Below, piece by piece: positions 1 to 8,472 of a DNA stretch of 32,000 nucleotides (its first letter is position 1; each line of letters begins with the position of its first letter). The stretch covers positions 33,164-65,163 of the forward strand of contig MTSL01000050.1 in NCBI GenBank assembly GCA_002794465.1, read 5' to 3'. The notes beneath the pieces were generated by a model that worked only from the letters and a program-made list of their open reading frames with translations, was not told the DNA's origin and searched no databases. The position numbers and the translations under genes are program-made. This DNA is from Paramicrosporidium saccamoebae KSL3. Lineage: Eukaryota; Fungi; Cryptomycota.

Positions 1-2484
1 TCAGCGAGCAAATCTCTCCTTGACAATGGCAATGACTCGGAAGATTGTCCTGATAACGACTTTAATTTATTTGACGCACATGAGGAAGGGAAACTGTTGC
101 ATCAACCACATGCCACGCGTCCCGCTGGTTTCTTACTGGAACAGAGTGAGGAATATCCGATATGTGAATCGGCACCACCAGTTCCACGACGACCCCTAAC
201 ATCTCTGGAGAGGAGGCCCTCATGGATCACTCAACATGATGTGCTTCCGATGGCAGAGATGGAGAGGCGGAATGTCGTGGAGAGGCAGAGGCTTCGGGAT
301 GAAGTTGGGATCGATGCTACAAGCACATCCGAGTCTGTCCGACCCTTCCATCCATGGTCTTTTATCTCGCGCCTAGTCACCTTTCCTATTCCCGATATTG
401 TCCTCACGACCCCATTCTTTGGAAATCTTGATCAGCCCTCAGATCGACAGGTCTGGCGAGAAAAGACTGCCTTTGTTCTCACTCTATTCTCATTGTGCCT
501 CTGTGTTGTCCTAGGCGGGTACTATATTGGCTTTGTTGCGTGTGTGCCTCCACTGCGAATATCATACGCCCATTCCTCTTTACGGCACGCAATTCTAGTT
601 AATGGCCGAGCATATAGAGGTACCGCAAACAAGGCCGACTTTGATCTCATTGGCGAGATTGCAAATTCTGAATTTCCTTCTGATATAAGCCGCTGTCCGC
701 GTGGAGTCCCCAAGACTGCATATTGTGGCGGAAGATTTAATCGGCAATGTCGTAACCTGAAATTCTTGCACAACTACTATATTGGGACGGTGGCATTTCC
801 TTGGGAAGCTGTCTCCAACAGTTCAAGCCTTATTGTGTATGGAGGAGCCATACTCGATATGGAATCTTACCTGCACCGCGATAAAGGGTTCATGGGAGAT
901 GATGTCAATTCTTTTATTAGGTCTCATATCGGGAGGGATGTTTCTCGTTCTGTACAGATAAATGAACACATGGCGAGGAACATTGATTGCTTGACGGCAC
1001 TGTACCAAGTTGGCGTCGTGGACATGGTATCACTACCGTGCGCACTCTCTTATATTATTCTGAGCGGATTGCTGATGATTGCAGGATCCCTCACTGCATT
1101 CAAATTCTTTGCCGCTTTCCACTACTACATCACATTTCCTGCCCCAAGTTTGCTGAAGAACGAAAGATATATGCTTGTCCATCTCTCTTGTCAAGCAGCA
1201 AGTTCCGCACAGATTAGGAATAGTCTAGACTCGCTGACCCAGACGGACTATCCAGATTCAAAAATGGTAGCAGTCATTGTGGTCGGTGGAGAGAACCACA
1301 GTCTTGTATCACAATTTCAGAATTGGCTAGGCGTGTGTGATCTTCAAAGAAATCTTGCCGAAACAGATCTATATGCCTCTATGAGGGGGAATTGTCAAAA
1401 AACTGTCGTGTACCATGGCCGCTATAAGACTCGGGGACACTTTCTATCATCAATATTGATTGTAACAAGAGGTGGTTTCAAAGACGAATCCCTCAATCTT
1501 GGTTCATTAGACATGCTTCTCGGCATGCTTTCATCCTTAAGCCTTGGTGAAAAAATTTGCGACTTTGAATATTCAATATGTCGAGCCTTCAAGCAGCTCA
1601 CTGGCCAATCTATCGAATGCTGTGAGTATCTTTTGACTCTGGATGCCAGAGCTCAAGTCACTGTCGATAGTTTGCGCAATCTTGCAAATGCTCTCAATTC
1701 TCGTCCCGAGATTATGGCTGCTTGTGGAGGGGCCACATTGGTCAATTCCAGCTCTTCCCTTGTTGGTAGGTTCCAGAACTACGAGTATTTCAGGAAGCAG
1801 AGTTACACATTTATGTACGAATCTGCCTTTGGACGGTCGATAAACCTGTCTTTAAATTTTGCACTTTACAAACTACGCAAAGAAGAGGAGCTAATCCTCA
1901 TTCATCCTGCTGTTATCGGATCTCGTAATGAAGGCTTGGCTGATCCGATAACGGCGCTTTTACAACAATTTCCCACAATGAAGACCATCCATGTTCCCGG
2001 TGCCCAAAGCCAAATAACGACTACCGACGGGTTACACGAATTGCTTGCGCTCCACTGTCATGAGATGAGTGCGAGAATCACTGTTCTCAAAACGCATCTC
2101 AGCACTGCCCCATCTAAAATCTTGGCGTTTATTGATTTTATGAACATTTTTCTAGTCCCTGCTCTTGGGCCTTTGGCCATTATGACCACACTGCAGATTG
2201 TCTTTTACACCCCACTAGTGACTACTTGGATGCTATTTTTCCTTGTTCTCGTGGTGGGTGCCCTGCCCATACTACTTCCGTGGCTGATAAACCCAATGTC
2301 CGGGTCGGTGATTGACATGCTGATATACATTTCCGCATTGCCAGTATGGACAACAGTTGTTCCTTTCTACAGTTTCTGGCACTTGCGTCTTGACAATGTC
2401 AAAAGATCCAGCCCCGTAAATGTGGATTGTTCATCAATAGCACTGAGATTGCTTTCAGAGCACGAGTCGATTAACCCTGGGTAA
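1..2484 (+). CDS. Chitin synthase homolog (class IV / division II architecture), 5'-partial, catalytic motifs degenerate
   Basis: Frame is open from base 1 (the 97 start is a TTG), so the gene begins upstream. WREK plus TM helix, cytochrome-b5-like segment (LIVYGGAILDMESY), CLTALYQVGVVD...C and TM, SLDSLTQTDYPDSK, MAACG, QNYEY...YESAFG, C-terminal TMs ending VPFYSFWH. Confidence 0.85.
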   Translation, partial: SASKSLLDNGNDSEDCPDNDFNLFDAHEEGKLLHQPHATRPAGFLLEQSEEYPICESAPPVPRRPLTSLERRPSWITQHDVLPMAEMERRNVVERQRLRDEVGIDATSTSESVRPFHPWSFISRLVTFPIPDIVLTTPFFGNLDQPSDRQVWREKTAFVLTLFSLCLCVVLGGYYIGFVACVPPLRISYAHSSLRHAILVNGRAYRGTANKADFDLIGEIANSEFPSDISRCPRGVPKTAYCGGRFNRQCRNLKFLHNYYIGTVAFPWEAVSNSSSLIVYGGAILDMESYLHRDKGFMGDDVNSFIRSHIGRDVSRSVQINEHMARNIDCLTALYQVGVVDMVSLPCALSYIILSGLLMIAGSLTAFKFFAAFHYYITFPAPSLLKNERYMLVHLSCQAASSAQIRNSLDSLTQTDYPDSKMVAVIVVGGENHSLVSQFQNWLGVCDLQRNLAETDLYASMRGNCQKTVVYHGRYKTRGHFLSSILIVTRGGFKDESLNLGSLDMLLGMLSSLSLGEKICDFEYSICRAFKQLTGQSIECCEYLLTLDARAQVTVDSLRNLANALNSRPEIMAACGGATLVNSSSSLVGRFQNYEYFRKQSYTFMYESAFGRSINLSLNFALYKLRKEEELILIHPAVIGSRNEGLADPITALLQQFPTMKTIHVPGAQSQITTTDGLHELLALHCHEMSARITVLKTHLSTAPSKILAFIDFMNIFLVPALGPLAIMTTLQIVFYTPLVTTWMLFFLVLVVGALPILLPWLINPMSGSVIDMLIYISALPVWTTVVPFYSFWHLRLDNVKRSSPVNVDCSSIALRLLSEHESINPG

Positions 2485-2499
2485 GTACTGCAAAGGAGT

Positions 2500-3666
2500 T
2501 TATTTATCACCAATGACAAGGTAGCTAGCAAAACCAAATGTCCTCGAATACCGCCACTTGCTTCCAAGAAGGGCCTCCACTTGGGCCGCGGGCCACCCAA
2601 CATCACACAGAACACAGCCTCCGCTTGGAATTTCCGAAGGCAGGCCAAATCTGGCATTTAACGCCGCCGTTGTATTCGGTGCGATTGAGCATATCAGTGC
2701 TTTTGAAGTCACTGGTGTTACTGGCAGACTGCTAATCACCAAGGAAACTTTTTCCTTTTGGTTTTCAAAAATAATCCCGCCGCACTTTTGAAATTGTCTC
2801 AGCGCGGCATTAAAATATGTTGGTGCCATTCGCATATCTGCGGGCAGGTTGGCAAAAACTCTAATTCCACGATTCAACAGATGCCGACCAGCACACAGGG
2901 CATAGGATCCAAACCTATCAGCCGACAGCGCAAGCAGAACACTCGCCGATAAAAGTTCACTCTGCCTTTCGAATAGAAATGAACATAGTGAGCGTCCTCC
3001 ATTTTCAATCATCTGCTCGTTACTAATAGCACCCGAGAGTAGGATTTTCTGCTCAATTGACTCGAGCAGGGAGCCTGCCACACAGGGAATCTCAGACTTT
3101 TTCTCATTCAGCGACAATGAGGACGTTTCGAGGAGAATCTGGTCCTCACCGTCCGCATCCACTATTCTCCCGGGTAGCACATTTTGATCGTGTCTCATTT
3201 TCCTCTGAGCCAGATTATGCGACACTAACCTGTCCTCTGGTCTGGTTGGATCCTGTTGTCGGATTTCTGAAAAGACCTTTTTCTTATCAAAGCGGTCTAG
3301 GTTGCCTTGAAAGTCAAATTCCTCGCCTTTATAGCGACGCACGTCGTCTTGGCTCCAGTTTGAGGAGGCCTTCCGAGGGGTCGTCTTGGCGTTTCTGGGC
3401 GTATTCTGTTGCCAGGTGGGCGGTTCACTGGGATGGCTTGTAGCTCGTGAGTCTACACTGGGAACATCAGAGAGAATATCAATGGACTCGATTTGGTCGG
3501 CAGTCACCTCTAATCGAGGGAATCGCATTGGCGCACCTTCGCCACACACAACCGCATCACTGAGGAGGAGCAGACTGGAGTCTTGCGAAATAGCCTCGAT
3601 CAATCCCTCGACTGATTGCCCATTGAGGAGCTTTACAAGAACAGTCATTCCCACAAATTCCGTCAT
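2500..3666 (-). CDS. EDC3: Enhancer of mRNA decapping 3 (LSm + FDF + YjeF_N)
   Basis: N-terminal LSm fold (FVGMTVLVKLLNGQSVEG), FDF motif (EEFDFQGNLDRFDKKKVF), YjeF_N start (EQMIENGGRSL). First ATG is at 3666; the ORF-track start is a GTG. Confidence 0.9.
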   Translation of the reverse strand: MTEFVGMTVLVKLLNGQSVEGLIEAISQDSSLLLLSDAVVCGEGAPMRFPRLEVTADQIESIDILSDVPSVDSRATSHPSEPPTWQQNTPRNAKTTPRKASSNWSQDDVRRYKGEEFDFQGNLDRFDKKKVFSEIRQQDPTRPEDRLVSHNLAQRKMRHDQNVLPGRIVDADGEDQILLETSSLSLNEKKSEIPCVAGSLLESIEQKILLSGAISNEQMIENGGRSLCSFLFERQSELLSASVLLALSADRFGSYALCAGRHLLNRGIRVFANLPADMRMAPTYFNAALRQFQKCGGIIFENQKEKVSLVISSLPVTPVTSKALICSIAPNTTAALNARFGLPSEIPSGGCVLCDVGWPAAQVEALLGSKWRYSRTFGFASYLVIGDK

Positions 3667-3809
3667 CCGCACCGACGTGATTATATAAATGTGAGAGAGT
3701 TAGTATATGGCGGACCAGGGATTCCAACGGGAGGTTGACATTCAAGATCCTGACCCTTTAACTCGAAACACGAATTTTTCCTTTATTTGTCACGTGCAGA
3801 CACACTGCA

Positions 3810-4448
3810 CTAATGCTCAAGTCCAGTGGGCCCACGTTTTTGCTGGTGCTGGCGTGATCTCAATATTGCAATTTTATCCACTCTTGGGGATGGCGGCGGT
3901 GTTAGCTGATTGTTCATATGTGCGGCATACTGGTAGTGCAGGGCATGTGGTACGAAACAGATTCGTTGGGGAATGGTTCTTGCCGACGATTGCAGCGACG
4001 GTCCGGCTGCTGACATGGGGGCTTGTGCCATTGGGATTGCCGTGTAATACAGTCCAACTTGGTTTGGTACTGCCATCAGTATTGGAGTGGCCTGTGCAGG
4101 CATTTTCGGGAATATTGTCGTGGGACTTGCGGGTAGACTAGCAGGTGAGCTGCGTGTGCCTACTCCGTTACGGGCTCTTTGTCGCTGATTTTGGAACCAG
4201 ATCTGGATGGTGCGCGGATCGACCTGTAACAATCTCCCCAACTCTTCCCTGGCGGATCGACTCGGGAATGCCGTATGTTCCAATACGCGGCCCAGAATCC
4301 TGAGTTGAAGCGGAGTCATGATGGTTCGAGAGCGACGTCCACGACCGGCAGAGTAGGCCGTGTCGTCAGTGTTGCTACAAAGCGAATTGTTCCGTGAGTG
4401 GGCAGGCGAATGGTCTGGAGTCAGTGGTTCCTGCCGGGAGGAACTCAT
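3810..4448 (-). CDS. Homeodomain transcription factor
   Basis: RRSRTIMTPLQLRIL...FPSRSAREELGRLLQVDPRTIQIWFQNQRQRARN is a complete homeodomain with Q50, flanked by low-complexity P/S/A regions. Confidence 0.92.
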   Translation of the reverse strand: MSSSRQEPLTPDHSPAHSRNNSLCSNTDDTAYSAGRGRRSRTIMTPLQLRILGRVLEHTAFPSRSAREELGRLLQVDPRTIQIWFQNQRQRARNGVGTRSSPASLPASPTTIFPKMPAQATPILMAVPNQVGLYYTAIPMAQAPMSAAGPSLQSSARTIPQRICFVPHALHYQYAAHMNNQLTPPPSPRVDKIAILRSRQHQQKRGPTGLEH

Positions 4449-4584
4449 AGCACTTGTTTGCTTATTCCCAATGTCGATGGCTTTTGCTAACCATCCGTTA
4501 CCACGACAACCAACAAAATCAATTACTCTATAAATACGTCATGTGCCATGCGCCATAATGAATTTTAGTAGGGTTGGGCATAAA

Positions 4585-6156
4585 TTACAAATCGTCGTGT
4601 CCGCGATAACCTCCACGCCGTCTACCTGCTTGCTGTTGTCGGAACATTTCGGCAATGTCTTCCATATTGAAATGCATTCCGCCAAACCCACCACCACCAC
4701 CACCGCCATGGCCGTGACCGTGACCAAAGGGACCGCCTTGGAAGCCATGTCCTGCATTGGGGTCGTTTGGATCCATTCCCTGATCGTACATTCGTCTCTT
4801 CTTTTTATCATTCAACACATCGTATGCCGCATTAATCGTATGCATCCTCTCCTGCGCAATCTTCTTTCCCTCCTCAGTTGGGTGCTTGTCAGGATGCCAC
4901 TTTCTCACCAACTTGTTGTACGCCTTCTTTATCGTCTCCTCTGTTGCATCCTTTGTAATTCCAAGGTCGTCATAGTATTTGGTGCGCATCTTTTCCAACT
5001 TTTGTTTTTCTGCCTTCTGAAGCATATCCTGGATATCTTTATCACGGGGTTTCATATTTAATGCCTGTCTCAGGAGACCGATGGCGTCGTCAAATTTCTC
5101 TTGAGCGAGACGCAATTCTGCAATTCTCATCAAGTAGAATTCTTGATGGGCCGTGTCCATCTGTTTGGCCTCTTCGCAAACCTTTAATCCCTCCTCGATA
5201 TTCTTCTTGCGTGCATGTTTCATACAGAGCAACTTTAACATTGGCAGTTTGTATCCGCTGAATAAGACTGGAAAGTTCTTGTCATAGTAAGGCTCGTCTT
5301 CGGGAACGCTTTCAATCGTTTTTAGTGCATCTTCTAGAGCAACAATGGCATCCTTCAGGAGCATCTTCTTTTCCGCCTCCTCCAAGAAACTCTCAAAGCC
5401 CTTTATCTTGCTTCGCAGCGACATGCACCGCTTATTGTCGGAATTCAGCTTTGCACATTCAAAAACAAACTTTTTCCCCAGCACCACATTCCCCATGGAC
5501 AGGTACAGTTTTCCAATCAACAAGTCAGTTTCAGAGCTGTCCGTCTCTACTTTGGTCTTACTACGTGCAGCATCAATCGCTCTCTGCCATTCCTTTAAAT
5601 TCGAGAGTGCCTTTATGCGAATGTCGAAAATCTCCTTCCAGTAGGAAGTGTGATCGATGATCATGTCTCGACACTTTTCCTCCACCACTCGCCATTTTGA
5701 AGATTCCTCGTTCTGCTTGATTTCCTTGTAAATGGTCTCAGCTGCATCAATAGAGTTTCCGATGCTACGCCCGGGATCGCTGTCCTCGGGGAGCTTTGCG
5801 AGCGTTTCTCGTGCAGCCTGGAATTCACCAAATTTTAGCTGTAACTTTGCAAGCTTCTCCAGCGCTGTTAGTTTGGCCTCTTTATCGTTCACCTTATCAC
5901 GGACTCCTTTTAGCGAATTCACCGCCAGCCACGGGCTGCCCGTCTTCTCCTGTGCCTCTGCCAGATGAAGAAGTACCTTGCCCTGTTCTGTGTCATTTAA
6001 CTTTCCAGAACCCGCTGCCTTTTGGCACACTGGAATGGCGGCGAAATAGCGTGATTCCTCCATCAGGCCTGCGCATTCGTCGGCAGGCTGCTCCTCGCCA
6101 GTAGCCAGCACTGCAACGGCGAAGAAAAGCCAGGCTGGCACCGAGAGACCCTTCAT
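4585..6156 (-). CDS. ER-luminal TPR + J-domain co-chaperone, DnaJC3/P58IPK-like
   Basis: Signal peptide (WLFFAVAVLATG), TPR-like helical repeats, J-domain with HPD (KWHPDKH), Gly-rich tail, C-terminal HDDL. Confidence 0.88.
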   Translation of the reverse strand: MKGLSVPAWLFFAVAVLATGEEQPADECAGLMEESRYFAAIPVCQKAAGSGKLNDTEQGKVLLHLAEAQEKTGSPWLAVNSLKGVRDKVNDKEAKLTALEKLAKLQLKFGEFQAARETLAKLPEDSDPGRSIGNSIDAAETIYKEIKQNEESSKWRVVEEKCRDMIIDHTSYWKEIFDIRIKALSNLKEWQRAIDAARSKTKVETDSSETDLLIGKLYLSMGNVVLGKKFVFECAKLNSDNKRCMSLRSKIKGFESFLEEAEKKMLLKDAIVALEDALKTIESVPEDEPYYDKNFPVLFSGYKLPMLKLLCMKHARKKNIEEGLKVCEEAKQMDTAHQEFYLMRIAELRLAQEKFDDAIGLLRQALNMKPRDKDIQDMLQKAEKQKLEKMRTKYYDDLGITKDATEETIKKAYNKLVRKWHPDKHPTEEGKKIAQERMHTINAAYDVLNDKKKRRMYDQGMDPNDPNAGHGFQGGPFGHGHGHGGGGGGGFGGMHFNMEDIAEMFRQQQAGRRRGGYRGHDDL

Positions 6157-6198
6157 CTAAAGAGGGAAGGACCCCTTCCAGGCCACCCGGTAAAGACT

Positions 6199-6223
6199 GC
6201 CAATTGGCGTGACATGATTGGCT
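6199..6223 (-). promoter_or_regulatory. Double CCAAT element with TCACG core upstream of the DnaJC3-like gene
   Basis: Minus strand reads AGCCAATCATGTCACGCCAATTGGC, 43-67 nt upstream of ATG 6156. Confidence 0.4.
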
Positions 6224-6257
6224 ATCAATGGATTTTCGATCGAAATCGATAGACGAT

Positions 6258-7496
6258 TTATTGAGGATTCCGCTTATAAGAGCCATGATGACCACCTCTA
6301 TTCCTAGATTTACTAGGAGATTTCTGCGGGCCGTTGTCATTATGAGATCGGTCCTTGCTTTTATGACGCTGCTGTCCATGACTTTTACTGTTGGAGTTTG
6401 ATGACTTTGCGTGCGGTTCAGATCGTTGATAGCTGGCTGATGAATCTGCATGCGATTCGGGTCGCCGGTAGCTGCTTGACGAGCTTGCAGATGGTTCAGG
6501 TCGTCGATAGCTGTTTGATGAACTTTTGTGATGCTCCGATCGTCGGTAGCTGCTCTTTGAATGATCACCTTCCTCATCCTGTCTCGCTGGATGGACATTT
6601 CGACGATACAGAGGCTCGTTGCTGCGCTGATACTCACGTTCCTCGCGACTTCTCCTATTAACATGATGATGACTTGGCTCCTTGCCACGTCGGTAGTCTC
6701 GTTCCTCCCGAGGTCTCCCATCGGTGCGATGATATGCTGCCTCCTGGAGAAATTCGAGGAAGGGGTGATGGAAAATTGAATACTCTGGTCTCTTTCTATT
6801 TCGACATTCATCCCCGAAATGGGTATTGTCTGAGCAATTATAGCAATGCGGTGAAACCAGACTTGTAGCTCGCGCCACTTCTTGTCTAGTCGGATCCCGG
6901 GCAAAAATGTATCTGCGCCACAGTAGAGAGCAGTCTTTCTGCAAATGTCCTGGGAGATTGCATCTGTTGCAGAGGTCATTTTCGAACATGCGTCTTTTAC
7001 GGGGCAGTCCACAGTTGCGAGAAAGATGGCCGACTCGATTGCAGTTGTAGCAGATTTCCTCAGGACAGTTACTACGTTGGTGGTCACGGCCTCCACATAG
7101 ATAGCACGGCAGAGACTAGACAATAAGGCAAAATGACGCGATATACAGTCGATTCAGGACAGTCTTTAACCATGTGGCCGGCCTGTCCACAGTTGAAACA
7201 TTTTGGACCTCCTGTGCCACCAAAATATCTTCCACCGGCGCTTCGGTCCTCCTCCCCCTCCAAATCACTAGAAAAGTCTTCCTCTTGTGGGGGCACAACC
7301 TCAGTTTCCTCCTCTTCCTCATCAATAAAGTCTACTTTGGGTTGCTCAAAAACTGCCTCCTCCACGTCGGTGTCACTTTCAGCTTGCTCTCCGAGACTTA
7401 GATTTTGGGAGAGACGGTCACTGAGTCTAATATCAGCAAAGCATGCAAGGTGTACCGATGACTATCAGAGGCCTCATCCCACCCGGGTCGATTCAT
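6258..7496 (-). CDS. AIR1: Air1/Air2-like TRAMP zinc-knuckle protein; exons 7496-7456, 7426-7147, 7115-6258
   Basis: GRYFG motif, five CCHC knuckles and the LWRRY (IWRxY-type) motif after knuckle 4. Removing two GT-AG introns (29 and 31 nt) gives one continuous frame from ATG 7496. Confidence 0.85.
6393..6548 (-). repeat. 39-bp (13-aa) degenerate coding tandem repeat, 4 units, in the Air C-terminus
   Basis: Tyr codons at 6546, 6507, 6468 and 6429 (exact 39-nt period). Units: YRRSEHHKSSSNS / YRRPEPSASSSSS / YRRPESHADSSAS / YQRSEPHAKSSNS. Confidence 0.8.
7116..7146 (-). other. Spliceosomal intron, 31 nt (Air intron 2)
   Basis: GTATAT...TCTAG; splicing joins CPEST to SLPCYLCGGRDH and restores the second knuckle. 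Confidence 0.9.
7427..7455 (-). other. Spliceosomal intron, 29 nt (Air intron 1)
   Basis: GTACAC...GCTGATATTAG; links ATG 7496 to exon 2, which has no ATG of its own. Confidence 0.75.
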
Positions 7497-7521
7497 TCCG
7501 GAAGCGACCAGGCTCCCAGAA

Positions 7522-8448
7522 ATGCCTGAATTACCTTCGGTTGAACACAGTCGATGCCTATTGGAAAGGACTGTATTAAGTCACCGAATCGCTAATATAC
7601 TGGCAGTTGAAGATAATATCGTGTTTAGTGAAAAGCCCAGTGAGCTTGAAAATAAACTCAAGAGCCGTCAGATTATTGGCGCTAGGCGGTACGGAAAGTA
7701 TCTCTGGCTGGTCCTTAGCGAAGGTGTCAGCTTGCTGATGCACTTTGGAATGACAGGTTTTGTGCAGGTGCAAGGTGTGGAGAGGCTGTATTACAGGACT
7801 TCTTCAGACAAGGAAATTCTCCAAGATGTCACACAGCATACAACAGCGTGGCCACCGCGTTTTTGGAAGCTACAATTAGAGACTAGTGACGGGTGCAAGG
7901 TTGTATTTGGGGACTCTCGCAGACTGGGTCACGTCAAAATACTTGAACAGGACCCCATGAGCGTTCCTCCCATTTCAAAGTTGGGATTCGATCCAATTAT
8001 TTGCATGCCAGACTTTTCAGAGGAAATATTCAAGCGGGTCACAGGACGATCGGTGCCACTAAAGACTCTACTACTGGATCAGTCATTTGCAGCGGGCGTT
8101 GGAAATTGGATGGCGGATGATGTGCTGCTCCATGCTCGTCTCCACCCAGAGACACGAACTAATGAACTAAGTCCGGAAGAAGTTGGGCAGCTGCTTGATT
8201 CCATTAAATACATCTCTGTCACCGCTGTGGGATTTGATGCCGACGGAAGCAAGTATCCACCCAATTGGGTTTTTCATTGTCGCTGGCCTTCGAATCGGAG
8301 AATGAATGCGAATCCCACAATTGACGGCCATAAAGTGGCTTTTATAACTGTGGGTGGTCGCACTACTGTCTATGTTCCGGATCTGCAGAAGAAATCCCCC
8401 TCCCTGGGCAGACGGCAAAAGGAAAAGCGGCATAAAAACAAAGAATAA
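7522..8448 (+). CDS. FPG: Formamidopyrimidine-DNA glycosylase (Fpg/MutM/Nei family, fungal/plant type without zinc finger)
   Basis: N-terminal MPELPSVE (catalytic Pro/Glu), RYGKYLW, MHFGMTG, H2TH (LLLDQSFAAGVGNWMADDVL), C-terminal GGRTTVYVPDLQ with no Cys4 finger. Confidence 0.93.
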   Translation: MPELPSVEHSRCLLERTVLSHRIANILAVEDNIVFSEKPSELENKLKSRQIIGARRYGKYLWLVLSEGVSLLMHFGMTGFVQVQGVERLYYRTSSDKEILQDVTQHTTAWPPRFWKLQLETSDGCKVVFGDSRRLGHVKILEQDPMSVPPISKLGFDPIICMPDFSEEIFKRVTGRSVPLKTLLLDQSFAAGVGNWMADDVLLHARLHPETRTNELSPEEVGQLLDSIKYISVTAVGFDADGSKYPPNWVFHCRWPSNRRMNANPTIDGHKVAFITVGGRTTVYVPDLQKKSPSLGRRQKEKRHKNKE

Positions 8449-8472
8449 AAAATGGGATTTGCATTTTGAATT

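Noticed and set aside
2481-2486. GTAAGT donor-like site overlapping the chitin synthase stop
   Set aside because: The EDC3 stop lies 15 bp away on the other strand, leaving no room for a further exon, and the conserved CHS C-terminal motif is already complete.
4543-5061. 172-aa antisense ORF, representative of many antisense/nested ORFs in the track
   Set aside because: Shadows of well-supported genes on the opposite strand with no family motifs.
5993-7123. 376-aa same-strand alternative-frame ORF over AIR
   Set aside because: It starts at a TTG inside an intron. It is the +1 frame of a protein poor in xTA/xTG codons, which suppresses stops, and it shows no recognisable motif.
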